Source: Octopus bimaculoides (taxonomy: Eukaryota). From it: a stretch of DNA of 64,000 bases. The notes under the pieces were generated by a model. It saw only the letters and a list, made by a program, of their open reading frames with translations, did no database searches and was not told the origin of the DNA. Numbering within the stretch: position 1 is the first letter of the stretch; every line of letters begins with the position of its first letter. The position numbers were made by a program, and so were the translations under genes. The stretch is from positions 8,982,294 to 9,046,293 of the forward strand of contig NC_068982.1 in the NCBI RefSeq assembly GCF_001194135.2, read 5' to 3'. Below are positions 1-12,780 of the stretch, in pieces.

Positions 1-24
1 ATATATATATATATATATATATAT

Positions 25-185
25 GGTGGTGGTTGTCTACTCCTTAAACAGAGTTTGACCACCTCCTGCACCTACACCTTAGCCCTTTCATGGCGTCTGA
101 TGTGGCTTTTTAAACCAGACAGTGTTTTGAAAAAACACCCACACAAATTGAACCTCTGATTTGCACTACCAATACCTGCAAGTAA
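25..185 (-). mobile_element. RTE-clade LINE 3' end fragment
   Basis: Minus strand reads IGSANQRFNLCGCFFKTLSGLKSHIRRHERAKV*, a degenerate C2H2-like C-terminus typical of RTE ORFs, then a short 3' UTR ending in (CCA)n next to (AT)n. Confidence 0.6.
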
Positions 186-230
186 GTTCTGCTCATATAT
201 ACATACATATACATGTATATATATATGTAT

Positions 231-578
231 ATAAGATTGACCAGTAACTGGTCTGTCAAAATGCTAGAAGAAGATCACTTCAAAAATTCTTTGAATTTTA
301 ATCATTATAATGGATAGAATAACGTGCACGTTTTCACTAGTTGAAGACAACTAGCACGATATTCTGTTCGATTATAACGATATCGGCAATTTGTACGGAT
401 GATAAATAGACACTTTAATTTGGAAGTGTTGATTTTGAAACTATAGTCTACATATAACCGAGGTATGTATAATATTCACTGGTCTCGCCCGCCTGTCTTT
501 GCTCCAATGAATCCTTATTTGAGAATTTTTTTAATGATCTTCTAGCATTTTGAAAGACCAATTACTGGTCAATTTTAT
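231..578. mobile_element. MITE-like element with about 60-bp terminal inverted repeats in a TA-rich site
   Basis: ataagattgaccagtaactggtctgtcaaaatgctagaag..caaaaattct (231-290) is the near reverse complement of gagaatttttttaatgatcttctagcattttgaaagaccaattactggtcaattttat (521-578); no ORF inside. Confidence 0.75.
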
Positions 579-694
579 ATACACAAGTACTATAATCCTT
601 TTAGGATCTCGAAAAGTTTTTTTCCTGAACCTTCTGATTCTTCTAATGTGCTAGTTTCCTGGTATTAAATTGATATTAATTAATATCGAATTTT

Positions 695-972
695 TACCAT
701 ATCATGTTAATATATATATGTATATATGCATATGTATGTATACGTATAAATATATATATGCATATGTATATATATGCATCTATATATATATATAACATAT
801 ATATGCATATATATATATATGTATACATGTAAATATATATATATATATGCATGTATATATGTAACATATATGTACATATATGCACATACGTATATATATA
901 TATTTATGCATATGTAAATGCATGTATATATATGCATATATATATGTATATGCATATATATATGTGTATATA

Positions 973-1003
<31 letters not shown>
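695..1003. repeat. Compound (TA)n/(TATG)n microsatellite
   Basis: Direct inspection. Confidence 0.95.
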
Positions 1004-1004
<1 letters not shown>

Positions 1005-1007
<3 letters not shown>

Positions 1008-2400
1008 TCATATTTATATAACGCAAAGACTTTTGGATTTAAAAACGGACCGCTCGTAATGTTTTTGACCGTTGACCTTTTACAGCTTTTCAGATGGTAA
1101 TGTGTATAAAGGACGATTTAGGAGTGAATAACATTTCCTTCTTTCGCCTTTGATCAATTGTCAATTATTTTGAGATAAAAAAAGTAATACTTTGCATTTT
1201 ATATTTGCACAAATATCTATATATTGAGTATGTGGAACGTTTATAAGTGAGAAGCTTTGACGTATTTTTATGTGCCCTAATCCGATATGTTAATTTTGAT
1301 CCTGTTTGACCTATATGTCCTCTCATTGCATTGTGCGCGTGTGATGCTGTGAATCTGATTGATGTTTTGCAATTCATATTTTATTAATATTCGATTTCTT
1401 TCGATTGTAATGGAGTCTTTCAAAAAATACTGACGAAGTTCCATTGATTTTAAAAGAAAAACGGGATTTTAACTTACACTGTACATGGATGAACGCTTTC
1501 AAGGATACACAACTAGCAAATCTTATAACAGAAAACATTACAAATGAAAAGCAAAAGGCACAGGGAAACCAATCGATATTTCTCCGTAGATTAAAGGAAA
1601 TAATATGAGCACAACTAAATGATAAGCATTTAGATTTAGAATCCAATACAGATAAACAATAAGTTAAGACAAATGGAAATGGATTACCTTATAAATTTAG
1701 AGATTAAAACATAGCTTTTAGGGAGTACTGAAAGTATAAATACAAAGAAATCCATAACAGCTTAAAGGAGCTCCATACACTATATGTAAATAATTTTAAA
1801 CCACCTAATTTAGAATTTGGCCCAATTGCTGCAGTATATGTATCCATCACACAACGATTATGTACTTTTCTTCGAATAATTTTCAAATCATTGTGCATAA
1901 TTTCTAATCTCATAACATGTTCTGTCTATATCGTATTCCAGAAAGAATGAATATTAAAATAAGCCTGGTTAATGGCCAGTCCCTATAGAAATATTTCCCG
2001 TGTATTAGAATCAGAAGCACTAGAATTCTGGATAGACAAATAGCCACAGAAAGTTTAGGAGAGATTCCCAAGTGAAGGTATACTATAAACATTATGATTT
2101 GTGCTATGGAGCAACTATTTCTTCACTGATAACCAAGAATATCCACAAATAAAAAGGACGGCATCTGCGCACGAACGCTGCTACAGCATTCGCAATACTA
2201 GTGATGGAATTCCTTTAGGAAAAATCCTCGATACCTGTTCTGAGAATACATTTGATTAGAATTTCCAAACCTATTTAAAGGAAACTGGAAAAGATTCTTG
2301 GGTGACTGCTTCAAATCTGGGAAGAGAAGTAAGGAATACCTTACAAGATTCTTTGAATTAATATAAAAGCATTCATGAATCTTTCCAGTTCACTCAGGAA
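1005..2400 (-). mobile_element. Decayed Penelope-like retroelement (RT + GIY-YIG)
   Basis: Minus-strand peptides GHIGQTGSKLTYRIRAHK (GIY-YIG second motif, about 1265-1320), NRCVMDTYTAAIGPNSKLG (degenerate RT GxxMG motif) and thumb-like SFNLRRNI; many stops and frameshifts. Confidence 0.7.
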
Positions 2401-2419
2401 ATAAATGAAAGAACTCCCC

Positions 2420-3360
2420 ATTGGGACATGCTAGAAATGAAGGAGGGGCACGACCGTGTGCGGATGTTTATATTTTAGCTCTTGCTTCACATCAATTATC
2501 AAAAGGAACATTACATTTAATACAGCAAAACATTTTTTCTATACATATGGACACAAAAAAGCGAAAGAAATGGCTGGTACAACTAAATACAATACCTCAG
2601 AAACAAAAAAAAAACGCCGAAAGCCTGGTAGATCATTTCATAATCAAAGCAAAAGAGATCTCAATCTTTCCATGACAGAAAGAGAAAACCTCACAATGAG
2701 GATGAAGAATAAAAACAAAAACATAATCGGTCAAATGATAAATTCCAATCTGTCGCCGAGCACCGAAACTTAAAAGAGACCTAGCAAAAGAGAAATTCTT
2801 ACTACAACAAGGAATGCAGGTAACAAAATGTGCCGATATTCTTTGCGGAAATTCTAAATAAGGGATCAGGGAACAACCAAAACACTTAAGAGTGGAAACA
2901 AAATGAAGTTTAAGGTAAATATGAATTTCAAAATAAAAATCTCATTTGATGCATCACGCAACTAAGAAGTCAATGAGAATTATATCGTACAAACAGGATC
3001 AACATTAATACATCGGATTACGGTACATAAGCAACGCATCAATACTCATCATATAGATATGCCCATTACAGTGAAAATATATATGTCTGTGCTAATTAAA
3101 TATTGAACATATTTTCTTTAAAATAATGAAAATTATCAACAACGAAAAGGAAGACAAAATCATTATAAGAAATCTAAATCCAACACAACACCAGAAAGAT
3201 TCGAAACTGAAAACTTCCTCTATATTGATTATCTCACAAATTGTGCGTCTTAACCGCTATAAAAAGCGAAAGTGATTCAGAACGATTATTTCGAAAAGTC
3301 TTGTGCCATGAATTTTTTGTTTGACATTTTAATAAAGTTCAAAGAAATCTTTCCTCATAT
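2420..3360 (+). mobile_element. Decayed Penelope-like 3' half, inverted relative to its neighbour
   Basis: Plus-strand SCFTSIIKRNITFNTAK (RT thumb) and ENYIVQTGSTLIHRITVHKQRI (GIY-YIG, about 2975-3040); nucleotide similarity to the reverse complement of 1270-1325. Confidence 0.7.
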
Positions 3361-3724
3361 ATTCTTACCGCATCAAACATTCTAAAATCGTATTTGAAGT
3401 TCTATCTATATGTATACACACAAAAACACACACAAGTATATGATATTCATATATATCTATATGCATACACAAACATATGTACGTATATATATATATATAT
3501 ATGTGTGTTTGTGTGTGCGTGTAATTACATATGTGTATTTGTGAGTGAATATGTGTACACCTGTGTGTGAGTAAGGAAGGGAAACTGAATTTCACCAATC
3601 TTGTTCAAACAGTAGGTTTCATCTTCACAATAAATTTGATTCTATTCTCAAATATATGTCCCTATTACAAATAATAAGCATTCTGCTTAAATGTGGTCAA
3701 TTGTATATATGCAAATGTACACTT

Positions 3725-3758
3725 ACATATATGCAAATACATGTATATATATATATAA

Positions 3759-3829
<71 letters not shown>

Positions 3830-4410
3830 AACATGTATACATATGTACATCTATATGTATATACACATCTATAACTATCTATATGTATGTATATGCATAT
3901 CTATGTATATACATATCTATCTATATACATATGTATACGTATGTATGTACATATATATCTGTATATATATATACATATGTAAATATGTATATATCTGTAT
4001 ACATATGTATATATATGTATGTATACATATATATATGTATGTATATATATATGTATACATATATATATATATATGTATACATATATATATATATGTATGT
4101 ATACGTGTATGTATGCATGTGTATGTATGTGTACATACGTATACATGTGTATGTATATGTATGTATACATGTGTATGTATATGTATGTATATGTATATAT
4201 ATATACATATGTATATATATGTATATGCATATATATATATATGTATACATATATATATATGTATACATATATATATATATATGTATACATATTTATATAT
4301 GTATACATATATATACATATATATATACACATATATATGTATACATATGTATATATATATATACACATGTATATATACGTATATGCATATATATATATAT
4401 GCATGTACAT
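3725..4410. repeat. Long compound (TA)/(TACA)/(TATG) microsatellite
   Basis: Direct inspection; produces the spurious MYIY-type ORFs. Confidence 0.95.
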
Positions 4411-5309
4411 AATATGGCCTACTGCATCTTGGAGTTACACATCTAGATTATTTTAGTTAAAATACATGCTATATGATTCTAACTATTTCTCTAAAATTCG
4501 TTACTTTTATAGGAAAATAGTTAGTGATATCATCTGTCAATATTCAGAAATAATCCAGATATAAAACTCCGTCTAATGATGCGTGTGATTATATCAAAAC
4601 GAAATCAGTAGTTAATGTACATTTATATTTGAATTGTTGAACTCCTTCTGTTTTTAATTGATTAAATATATGTATGAATGTTTGTATGTATATATGGGCG
4701 TTTGCATATATATGCGTAAGTATATACATACTGAATGAACATGTTTTTGTTTTTTGAAGAATTTCTCTGTATTTCTATGTTTCTTATATGACAAAATATA
4801 GCATGAAAGCAATAAATGCTAACAAAATGAAAATTTTTATTTTGACATCAAAATAACTTTTCAGATATAATGGTTACACAAAAATTATTAGTAAGTACAA
4901 CAAAGCGAAGAAATAAACATCCATTGATTTCACACACAAGTTATAGTTAGAAATAACATTGATTCTCTTCGTAATTTTCATTGCCAATTGAAATACCACT
5001 GTTTTATTCTTGCTATTTTTTCTTCTATTTAAAATTTTTTTTTTTTTTAGAATTTTTGGTATTGTTTTAAAATATATGAATACCTCTTTCAAATAATTTC
5101 CTCTGTTATTTCTTTCTGAAGACATCAACAAATTTATTTGGCCATTCGTAATGTTAACATTAAAAAAGGGGAAAAATAACACGTTAAATGAATATGTTAC
5201 TAATTAGAAGGAAAGAAAAAAATTATCGCCTTAATCTTCATATTTACCATTATAAAGTGTCAAGAGCATTATGAATATCATTCAGATGATAACACAATTA
5301 TTAATTACG

Positions 5310-5785
5310 ATTGCTAACAAAGTTATCATCACCCACATCCGCTCATCCCTATTCCCACTTTATCACTAACATCGTCATTATCGATATTGTAATCATCATC
5401 ATCTTTATCATCAATACCATCACAATTATTATAATCATTAGTATGATGCTGCTGTTACGGATGATGATGGCGTCATGATCATAATACCACCATTTCTCCG
5501 AACCAGACCTAACCCTAACCCTTCCCATCAACCATATCATCAACATCATCTTCAATATCAGAAGTAACAGCGTCATCAGTATCATGAACCCTACGACTTC
5601 CATCCACATCTTCCGTTCCATTATCATTAACGTGACCACAATCAGTTACATCACTGCCAACACCACTTACACAATGTCCATTCTCTTTATCCTTACTACG
5701 ATTATCATGATCAAGGTCATGTATATGATCCCGATTATCATAATCTTAATCCTCTCCAGCCATCACGTTACTCATCAAAAATAGC
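5310..5785. repeat. Degenerate (CAT/ATC)-rich low-complexity tract
   Basis: Repeated atc/cat triplets with drift. Confidence 0.8.
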
Positions 5786-6656
5786 ATCACAATTTTATTT
5801 TACTATTTCCCCTCCCCCGTGCGTTTCTTGGTTGTGCAATCGTACCTTTTCATTTTCGAAGTCTCAAATCTCCAACCTGGTTTCAATATTAGTCTAGTAT
5901 GAATTTTATAGACATTGCATGATCTCCACGAATTTGTTTCTCCCATTTTAATTTATCTCGAACTCCAAAGAAAAATACATTTTTATTCTAACAATATATA
6001 TTTCATCAGATTTACAAGTGTCTATTCCGAAACGATAAGGCTCTCTCCTGACCGAGAAGCTAAAGGTCGAATCATATCTTTTTACTGTACTGTCTTCGCA
6101 TGTAAGCAATTAATCTTTTATTTTCTTCGTTTTTTTAATAATCTTTACTCTAATACTTACTTCTATAAGTAGACATCACTGTTATAAATAGCATGAAGAT
6201 GAGGAAGTTTCTAGATAATATGATGTTCAAATTGAATTTATTCCATTGAAGTATCATCGGTATCAATGATATTTCCTCAAATCTAAATTTCATCAAATTA
6301 TCTACTAAAATGATGACAAATGAAATCTATAAAATAAATCCTGACCTAAAAACAAGCTTAGCACATGTTGTGCAACACACTTCACATTCAGCTCATGGGA
6401 ACCATGGCAAAGTTTAATCAATCACTGAATATTTCGCGATAATTAGGAACCACATTTAAGAGACTGAAGACTTCAGTAATTTTCCAATTCATCAAGTCAA
6501 CATTCACTTCTAAAATGCTAAATAACTAAACAGTTATTGTTATTTCTGAAGGTCATTTCTGCATTTATAATTGGTTTTAATAATTCAGTATAGAGTGTCT
6601 GGTAATTGTCTTGAGCAAAAGATTGTTTCCACATGATTTAGAAGTTTCACCTTTCC

Positions 6657-6715
6657 TTATCCATGCAGTGAAGTATCCTCAACCATTGCAAATAAATACC
6701 ACTTTCTACTTCTAT
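6657..6715 (-). CDS. Candidate terminal coding exon of a short secreted-peptide gene
   Basis: Acceptor tctatttacag at 6716; phase 1 gives (D)RSRKWYLFAMVEDTSLHG*, phase 0 gives IEVESGIYLQWLRILHCMDKER* (stop at 6647); AATAAA on the minus strand at 6243-6238. Confidence 0.25.
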
Positions 6716-6784
6716 CTGTAAATAGATATATCATTCATAGGACTGCGTGCATTTCTATAAGGAAAACATGATTCAATATACATA

Positions 6785-6986
<202 letters not shown>

Positions 6987-7365
6987 GAAGAGAACGAGAT
7001 TCTTAAATATATATTATAAATTGTAAAGTTGTTTAGTTTTATCCTCATCTGTTTTACACGGAGCATTCAAACTGTTGTTTCTATAAAAACTTGAATAAGA
7101 GAGATTGTTTTCATATATTTTCGCTCCAGCCCTCGTTCCTTCTTCTCACTAGCCTGAATGAGGAAGAACCATGAATTTCAAAGAGAAAACGATCTTGATA
7201 GGGGCCTATTCTAGGTGCTGTCAGCAAGAATCATCCTGATCTGGATATTTTGTAAGGCAGAGTGATCAAGCCTTGCAGTTACCACCGAAACCAGTAACCG
7301 CAACACGTAACCTCATAGCACAATATATGGCGTATTTCAACTAACTGCCTGTTTCCTGTCTTTAC

Positions 7366-7384
7366 CTCGGCAGTCAACACGAAT
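7366..7384 (-). CDS. Candidate 19-nt microexon (IRVDCR + G)
   Basis: Acceptor ttcccctgtgtctag and donor GAG|GTAAAG; phase 0 in, phase 1 out. Confidence 0.15.
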
Positions 7385-7548
7385 CTAGACACAGGGGAAT
7401 AGATACAGGGCGAAAACGATAAAGCTTATTGAAAGCGATTATGACCTGTCAATTTTTATGAAGTCTTCATTTGATTAGGTGCCTATATAGACATAAGTAA
7501 TAAAAAAACATGACCTCGGCCCTCTCAATACAACAGAACTCCATGTAT

Positions 7549-7711
7549 AGGCGGAGGAGTGGCTGTGTGGTAAGTAGCTTGCTTACAAACCACATGGTTC
7601 CGGGTTCAGTCCCACTGCGTGGCAACTTGGGCAAGCGTCTTCTACTATAGCCTCGGGCCGACCATTTCTTGTGAGTGGATTTGGTAGACGGAAACCGAAA
7701 GAAGCCCGTCG

Positions 7712-7774
<63 letters not shown>

Positions 7775-7980
7775 GTGTGTTTCTGCTTCCCCCCCCATTG
7801 CTCGACAACCGATTCTGGTGTGTTTACGTCCCCGTAACTTAGCGGTTCGGCAAAAAGAGGCCGATAGAATAAGTACTAGGCTTACAAAGAATAAGTCATG
7901 GGGTCGATTTTCTCGACTACAGGCGGTGCTCCAGCATGGCCGCAGTCAAATGAATGAAACAAGTAAAAGAGTAAACGAGT
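7549..7980 (+). mobile_element. SINE family A, full-length copy
   Basis: tRNA-like head (A box tggctgtgtggt, B box ggttcagtccc), body ending gaagcccgtcg, internal (TA)n, second module, tail ggcggtgctccagcatggccgcagtcaaatgaatgaaacaagtaaaaga; recurs many times in the window. Confidence 0.9.
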
Positions 7981-8059
7981 ATGTGACGGGTAGAGTTAGG
8001 AAGATATTCAGCAGCACTGGGGTAGTTGACGTGTACACGTGAATAGAATGCATTAAATT

Positions 8060-8155
8060 GAAAGAAGTTCCTTGCTCAAAGACACCACGGACAATTGCAC
8101 TATAGCCGAAGCCACGTCTCTATGCTCCTCAGCTCCAATCTTAAGCAATAGGCCC
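8060..8155 (-). mobile_element. Highly decayed tRNA/CORE-like SINE head
   Basis: Minus strand has gtggtgtctttgagcaaggaactt, similar to the CORE-like segment at 22570-22600. Confidence 0.3.
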
Positions 8156-8465
8156 ATACACACGTGTCTGTATGTGCATGTGTATATATGTTTATATGTA
8201 TGTGTATTACTTGGATAAGAATTAATTTTTAAGGTTAAATGTTAGATAGTTACCAACACTTCAGTATAACATAGATTAACAAAATCCTTAATCAATGGTT
8301 AATCAAAGAAACAGTTCATACGAGAATTTGTACATGCCATTATTTGACAATAGGGATCCATTAACCTAAAATAGTGAAGCAAATTCTTCACACAGTCTTC
8401 CTTTCCGTATTCTACCTGTCTGCCTGTCTGCCTATCTATTTATCTATCTATCTATCTATCTATAC

Positions 8466-8523
<58 letters not shown>

Positions 8524-8901
8524 ATATGCACAATGGACCCTAGGCTGTTGGTTGCGTCAATAATAAACGAAGTTAAATTCTTTCCGCCGGCGGTGGTGGT
8601 GGTTTGGTAATGCAAAATCAACACGTAACTGCCAGAAGTATTAGTGCAGCTTCCTTTTATACGAGGAAAAAGTAATTCAAACCAAAGTGTTATGCTTCAA
8701 CAACTTTGCTTTACAGTCATAAACATTCAATAAGATTATGATGTTTAACTTGCTAACCATGTTACCTATAAAATCCAGCATTAATACACGCACTATTCTA
8801 AAAGTGCTATGCTATATAATAAAAATGTACATTTGGAATTGTAAACGATATTTGCTTTTCAGGTATCTAATAGGAGTTAATATACGCATATTGTAAGGCG
8901 A

Positions 8902-9050
8902 TGAGTTGCTAGAATAGTTAGCAGCCGAGAAAATTGCTTAATGGTATCTGGTCTCATTTTACGTTCTGAGTTCAAATTCCTCATTGTCGACATTGTTTTC
9001 ATCATTTCAGGGTCGATACCAGTTGAGCAGTGGGCTCGAGGTAATGGAAT
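8902..9050 (+). mobile_element. SINE family B, decayed
   Basis: aaggcgatgagttgctagaat..ttctgagttcaaattcc..tttcatcatttcagggtcgat matches the family B copies at 14915 and 58724. Confidence 0.75.
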
Positions 9051-9349
9051 CGCACCTTCCCTTTGTGGTGTGACAAACACACGGACACACACTTCCTTTA
9101 TACACACACATACACACAGGTGTGTGTGTATAAATGAAGTAAGAAAATGGAGATATAACATTTAATAACAATATATTTTCTGCAAAAATCAAACATGGTC
9201 CCTCACAACTGTTTCAATTAGACCTAATAGATTAAATAGTAATTAATAAAATCATTATACTAGGCAAAATCTCTTCAGTGGGGTAGAAAAAAAGATATAC
9301 TGTCAGGTTTTTAAGAGTTGTATTTTAGATCCATCACAACAGAATCAGT

Positions 9350-9389
<40 letters not shown>

Positions 9390-9886
9390 AATAAGTAAAA
9401 AGGATGTCCAGTTATTAGTGCATTACGGCCGTTTCAAGCGGCTCCCTTTAATCGACCAATGAAGACATTACATCAATTTGAAATATACATATATAGATAT
9501 TATATGCTTCTGAGTGTGCATGGGTCCGTATGTGTGTATTCACACGAATTTAGATAAACATAAATGTAACCTGCAAAATAAGTATGGGCCATTTTTTTCC
9601 CATAAAACAGTAATTTGTTGTTATAAATCAATGGCAACATTCATGATAATTGTGGTTTCTAAAAAGACAATTATGTTAGTACATAGTTCGGAATGAAAAG
9701 AAATCTAACAATCTCTGTATCTCACTTTCATTATCTCTCTCCTCTCTGTCTGTCTGTAAATAGATGTGTGTGTGTATTTATATATACACACATACAAACA
9801 TATATATATATGTGTGTGTGTGTATTTATATTCATATACGTGTATATGTGTGTGTGTATGTATAGAGAGAACGTGAAAGAGAAATG

Positions 9887-9944
<58 letters not shown>

Positions 9945-10384
9945 AATATACATGCATGCATATATATAATTTATATATATACATATGTTTAAATATGTGT
10001 GTGTGTGTGTGTGTTTGTGTGTGCAAATAAGTATATCAGAGTGTTTATGCATGTATGTATGTATGTCACCCAAGAGTTTGTAAATAATAGGCTTCTGCAG
10101 GGTTACCAGATTTGCTGAAAACACGGATCAAAACTCTACCTCTTTTTATTGTAATTTTAGTCGATTGCATCGATTTTCCCTCTTTGAAATTTGTTTATTT
10201 CGACTATTCAGTAATAATAATTTTTTTTTCGTTTGTATTCTATTAAAATATTCGTAAATACATATTAATCTTTGTAAATAGATAAACTTATACATATTCG
10301 AAATCTCCGACCCACGCACACCCCATGCCCACGCATATGTGTGTGTGTGCATTTGTACATATGTATGTGTGTGTGTGTGTGTGT

Positions 10385-10560
10385 GTGCGCGCGTGCTTGA
10401 CGACCGGTGTTGGTGTGTTCGGCAAAGGAGAACGATAGAATAAATACCAGTCTTTAAAAAAAGTCCTGGGGCCAAATTTGGTCGATTAAAACCCTGCGGT
10501 CATGCCCGGGCAATACTCCAGCATGGCCGCATTGAAATAACTGCAACAAGTGAAAGAAGA
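10385..10560 (+). mobile_element. SINE family A, 3' half, decayed
   Basis: ttgacgaccggtgttggtgtg..ctccagcatggccgc tail. Confidence 0.75.
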
Positions 10561-10679
10561 TAAAGAACAAAAATGAGTCAAACAAAGGAGAAGTTATGTA
10601 AACCAACATATATACAAAGATCAAATTGCTTTTCATCAGTGAGCACCAGGTTGGGCAACGCGTCTTCAGGAATCTCATG

Positions 10680-10885
10680 CAGGTAGAATCGTTACCGCTC
10701 ATAGCAAGATGCCTAACGGCATTTCGTTCGTCTCAGCGTTCTGAGTTCAAATTCAACCAAGGTTCGGCTTTATCTTTCATCCTTTCAAGGTAAACAAAAC
10801 AAAACAAGTACCAGATGAGCACTGGGGTCAATGTAATCGACTTAGCCCCTCCCCATAAATTGCTGGGCTTGTGTCAAAATTCGAA
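10680..10885 (+). mobile_element. SINE family B
   Basis: gcaggtagaatcgtt..ctgagttcaaattc..tttcatcctttc..aagtaccag..ctggggtcaatgtaatcgactt. Confidence 0.8.
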
Positions 10886-10995
10886 ACCAGTACATAAATA
10901 TGCACGTGTTTTTGTGTATGTGTTTGTTCATATATGTGTATGTGTTTGTTTCTTATGTATACATCACCAGCCAGGTAAACCAATAAAGTACTCAC

Positions 10996-11028
10996 TTGCG
11001 AGACCATCAGAACCAACACAAACACCAT
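10996..11028 (-). CDS. Candidate first coding exon (MVFVLVLMVSQ), signal-peptide-like
   Basis: agg ATG G context with an in-frame upstream stop, 11 mostly hydrophobic codons, consensus donor CAA|GTGAGT in phase 0. Confidence 0.3.
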
Positions 11029-11299
11029 CCTTTCTTAGTCGGTGGCACCTTTCGTTTTGATTTTGTCAGTTATTATAGCGTTCGCACATTGGTTCTGTTA
11101 CTAATAATATTCGACATTTTGAATCCAATATCAAAAATTTTATTCCTTGTAAGCATAATATATGAAAGTCCCTAATTTCGATTGCATAACCATTTCATAA
11201 TATTAATAATCGCGGTCATTATATTCTGCTTCGTATTAAAACCTGGTCGGTGATCTGGCAATTCATTAGCTAGCCGCACAGACACCACAATGTGACTAC

Positions 11300-11451
11300 C
11301 GTCGTTTCACGTGATCGTTCTATTACCCGACTAATCAGCGTCAGGTCATCGCGTGATTCAATTTTCTAGAACTATCTCATTGGTCGCTATATAAATGTGG
11401 TATTTGGCGGAAATCTCAGAATGTGAGGCAATTGCTCATAGAATGGTGAGA
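11300..11451 (+). promoter_or_regulatory. Candidate RNA polymerase II core promoter
   Basis: CpG-rich unique patch: TCACGTGA (11307-11314), reverse CCAAT (11379-11383), TATATAAA (11388-11395), Inr-like TCAGAA with its A at 11418 exactly 30 nt from the TATA start, then ATG|GTGAGA at 11443-11451. Confidence 0.45.
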
Positions 11452-12149
11452 CAGCCGTTCAACACCTCTATTCTCATTCACCACCGATCAATGACAGATA
11501 AAAGCCACAAATTTTGTCACCTTAAATGTAGTGCGATTGTTTTCCATTTGTGATGGACCAGCCACAGATAGCTATATCAAAGTAATTGTCATAGGTCCCA
11601 GTAATATATATCCCAGCGTGCAATTGTCACTGTTAGTATTTGCTAAAAGGCTCACACAGAAAATGCGCAGTAAATATATCTGTTAATTTTTCACGAGTGT
11701 TAATTTCTTTTACGTGCAGCCCCAGATGTCCATTTTCGTTCACTAAAAACAAACAACTACCTGTGACACACACTTCATTTTGTTTGTCTGTAATCATCCT
11801 CATATTATATTTCATCATTCTCGTTACTATATTGACTGCTTTAAAAGCGTGCATCCATTTCCGGAGCGTGCCAGCAAACGATTAAAGTGCTTTCAAAATG
11901 AATCTCGCTTCAGCCTAAACAGGCTCTGATTGAATATACATATGATAATCTACTCATAACCCTTCCTATCTTCCTTTCGGCAACAGCAGAAATAATCCAG
12001 TAGATGACCCAGTGTTTTTATAAACTTTTAAACGATAAAACTGTTGTTTGGGAAAATTTGACTGCAATATCGAGCAGTTCAAGCGGTTACGTATTTTAAA
12101 CAAGCAAGTAAAGAAGAAAAGAAAAGACAACTACTGTCATAGGGTCACC

Positions 12150-12335
12150 AATTTCAGGAGAGGAGGTTAATTCGACTACATCGACCTCAGTGCTCCACTG
12201 GTACTTATTTTATCGAGCCCAAAATAGTAAGAGGCAAAGTCGACTTCGGTGTCATGTGAACTCAGAACGTAAAGACGAACGAACTGTCGCTAAGCATTTT
12301 ACCCGCCGCGCTAACGATTGTGTCACCCTTGCATG
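12150..12335 (-). mobile_element. SINE family B
   Basis: Reverse complement of the family B body (actggtacttattttatcga..aaggcaaagtcgacttcgg..gaactcagaacgt). Confidence 0.8.
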
Positions 12336-12424
12336 TGCGTATAATATTAACGAAAGGATTAATTTTTTTTTTACTCGCGATCACGAGTAGAAATGATTTG
12401 CTGCTACAGTATTTTTATATTGAT

Positions 12425-12780
12425 ATTGTTGTTGTTGGCACTCCGTCGCTTACGACATCGAGGCTTCCAGTTGATCCGATCAACGGAACAGCCTGCTCGT
12501 GAAATTAACGTGCAAGTGGCTGAGCACTCCACAGACACGTGTACCCTTAACGTAGTTCTCGGGGAGATTCTGCGTGACACAGTGTGACAAGGCTGACCCT
12601 TTGAATTACAGGCACAACAAAGAGTACAACAGGGTTCGCCACCATCCCCTGCCGGAGCCTCGTGGGGCTTTAGGTGTTTTCGCTCAATAAACACTCACAA
12701 TGCCCGGTCTCGGCATCGAAATCGCGATCCTATGACTGAGAGTACGTTGCCCTAACCACTGGGCCATTGCGTCTCCACTA
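12425..12780 (-). mobile_element. SINE family C with tRNA head and (CAA)n tail
   Basis: Minus strand: gtggagacgcaatggcccagtggttagggc..ggatcgcgatttcgatgcc head; ends gtaagcgacggagtgccaacaacaac; body shared with 25713-25878. Confidence 0.8.

Noticed and set aside
694-4456. Many long ORFs rich in Y/I/M/H/C/V/T here and at other microsatellites and N-runs
   Set aside because: Translations of (TA)n, (TG)n, (CA)n, (GA)n repeats or of Ns; no coding signal.
5508-5523. cctaaccctaaccc telomere-like motif
   Set aside because: Only about two TAACCC units inside a low-complexity tract; not an interstitial telomere array.
7268-7318. Minus-strand MRLRVAVTGFGG resembling a Rossmann-fold start
   Set aside because: Stop after 16 codons, no good donor and no further dehydrogenase sequence; probably chance.
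7549-7625. tRNA-like A and B boxes (also at the heads of SINE families B and C)
   Set aside because: No complete cloverleaf; they are SINE heads, not tRNA genes.
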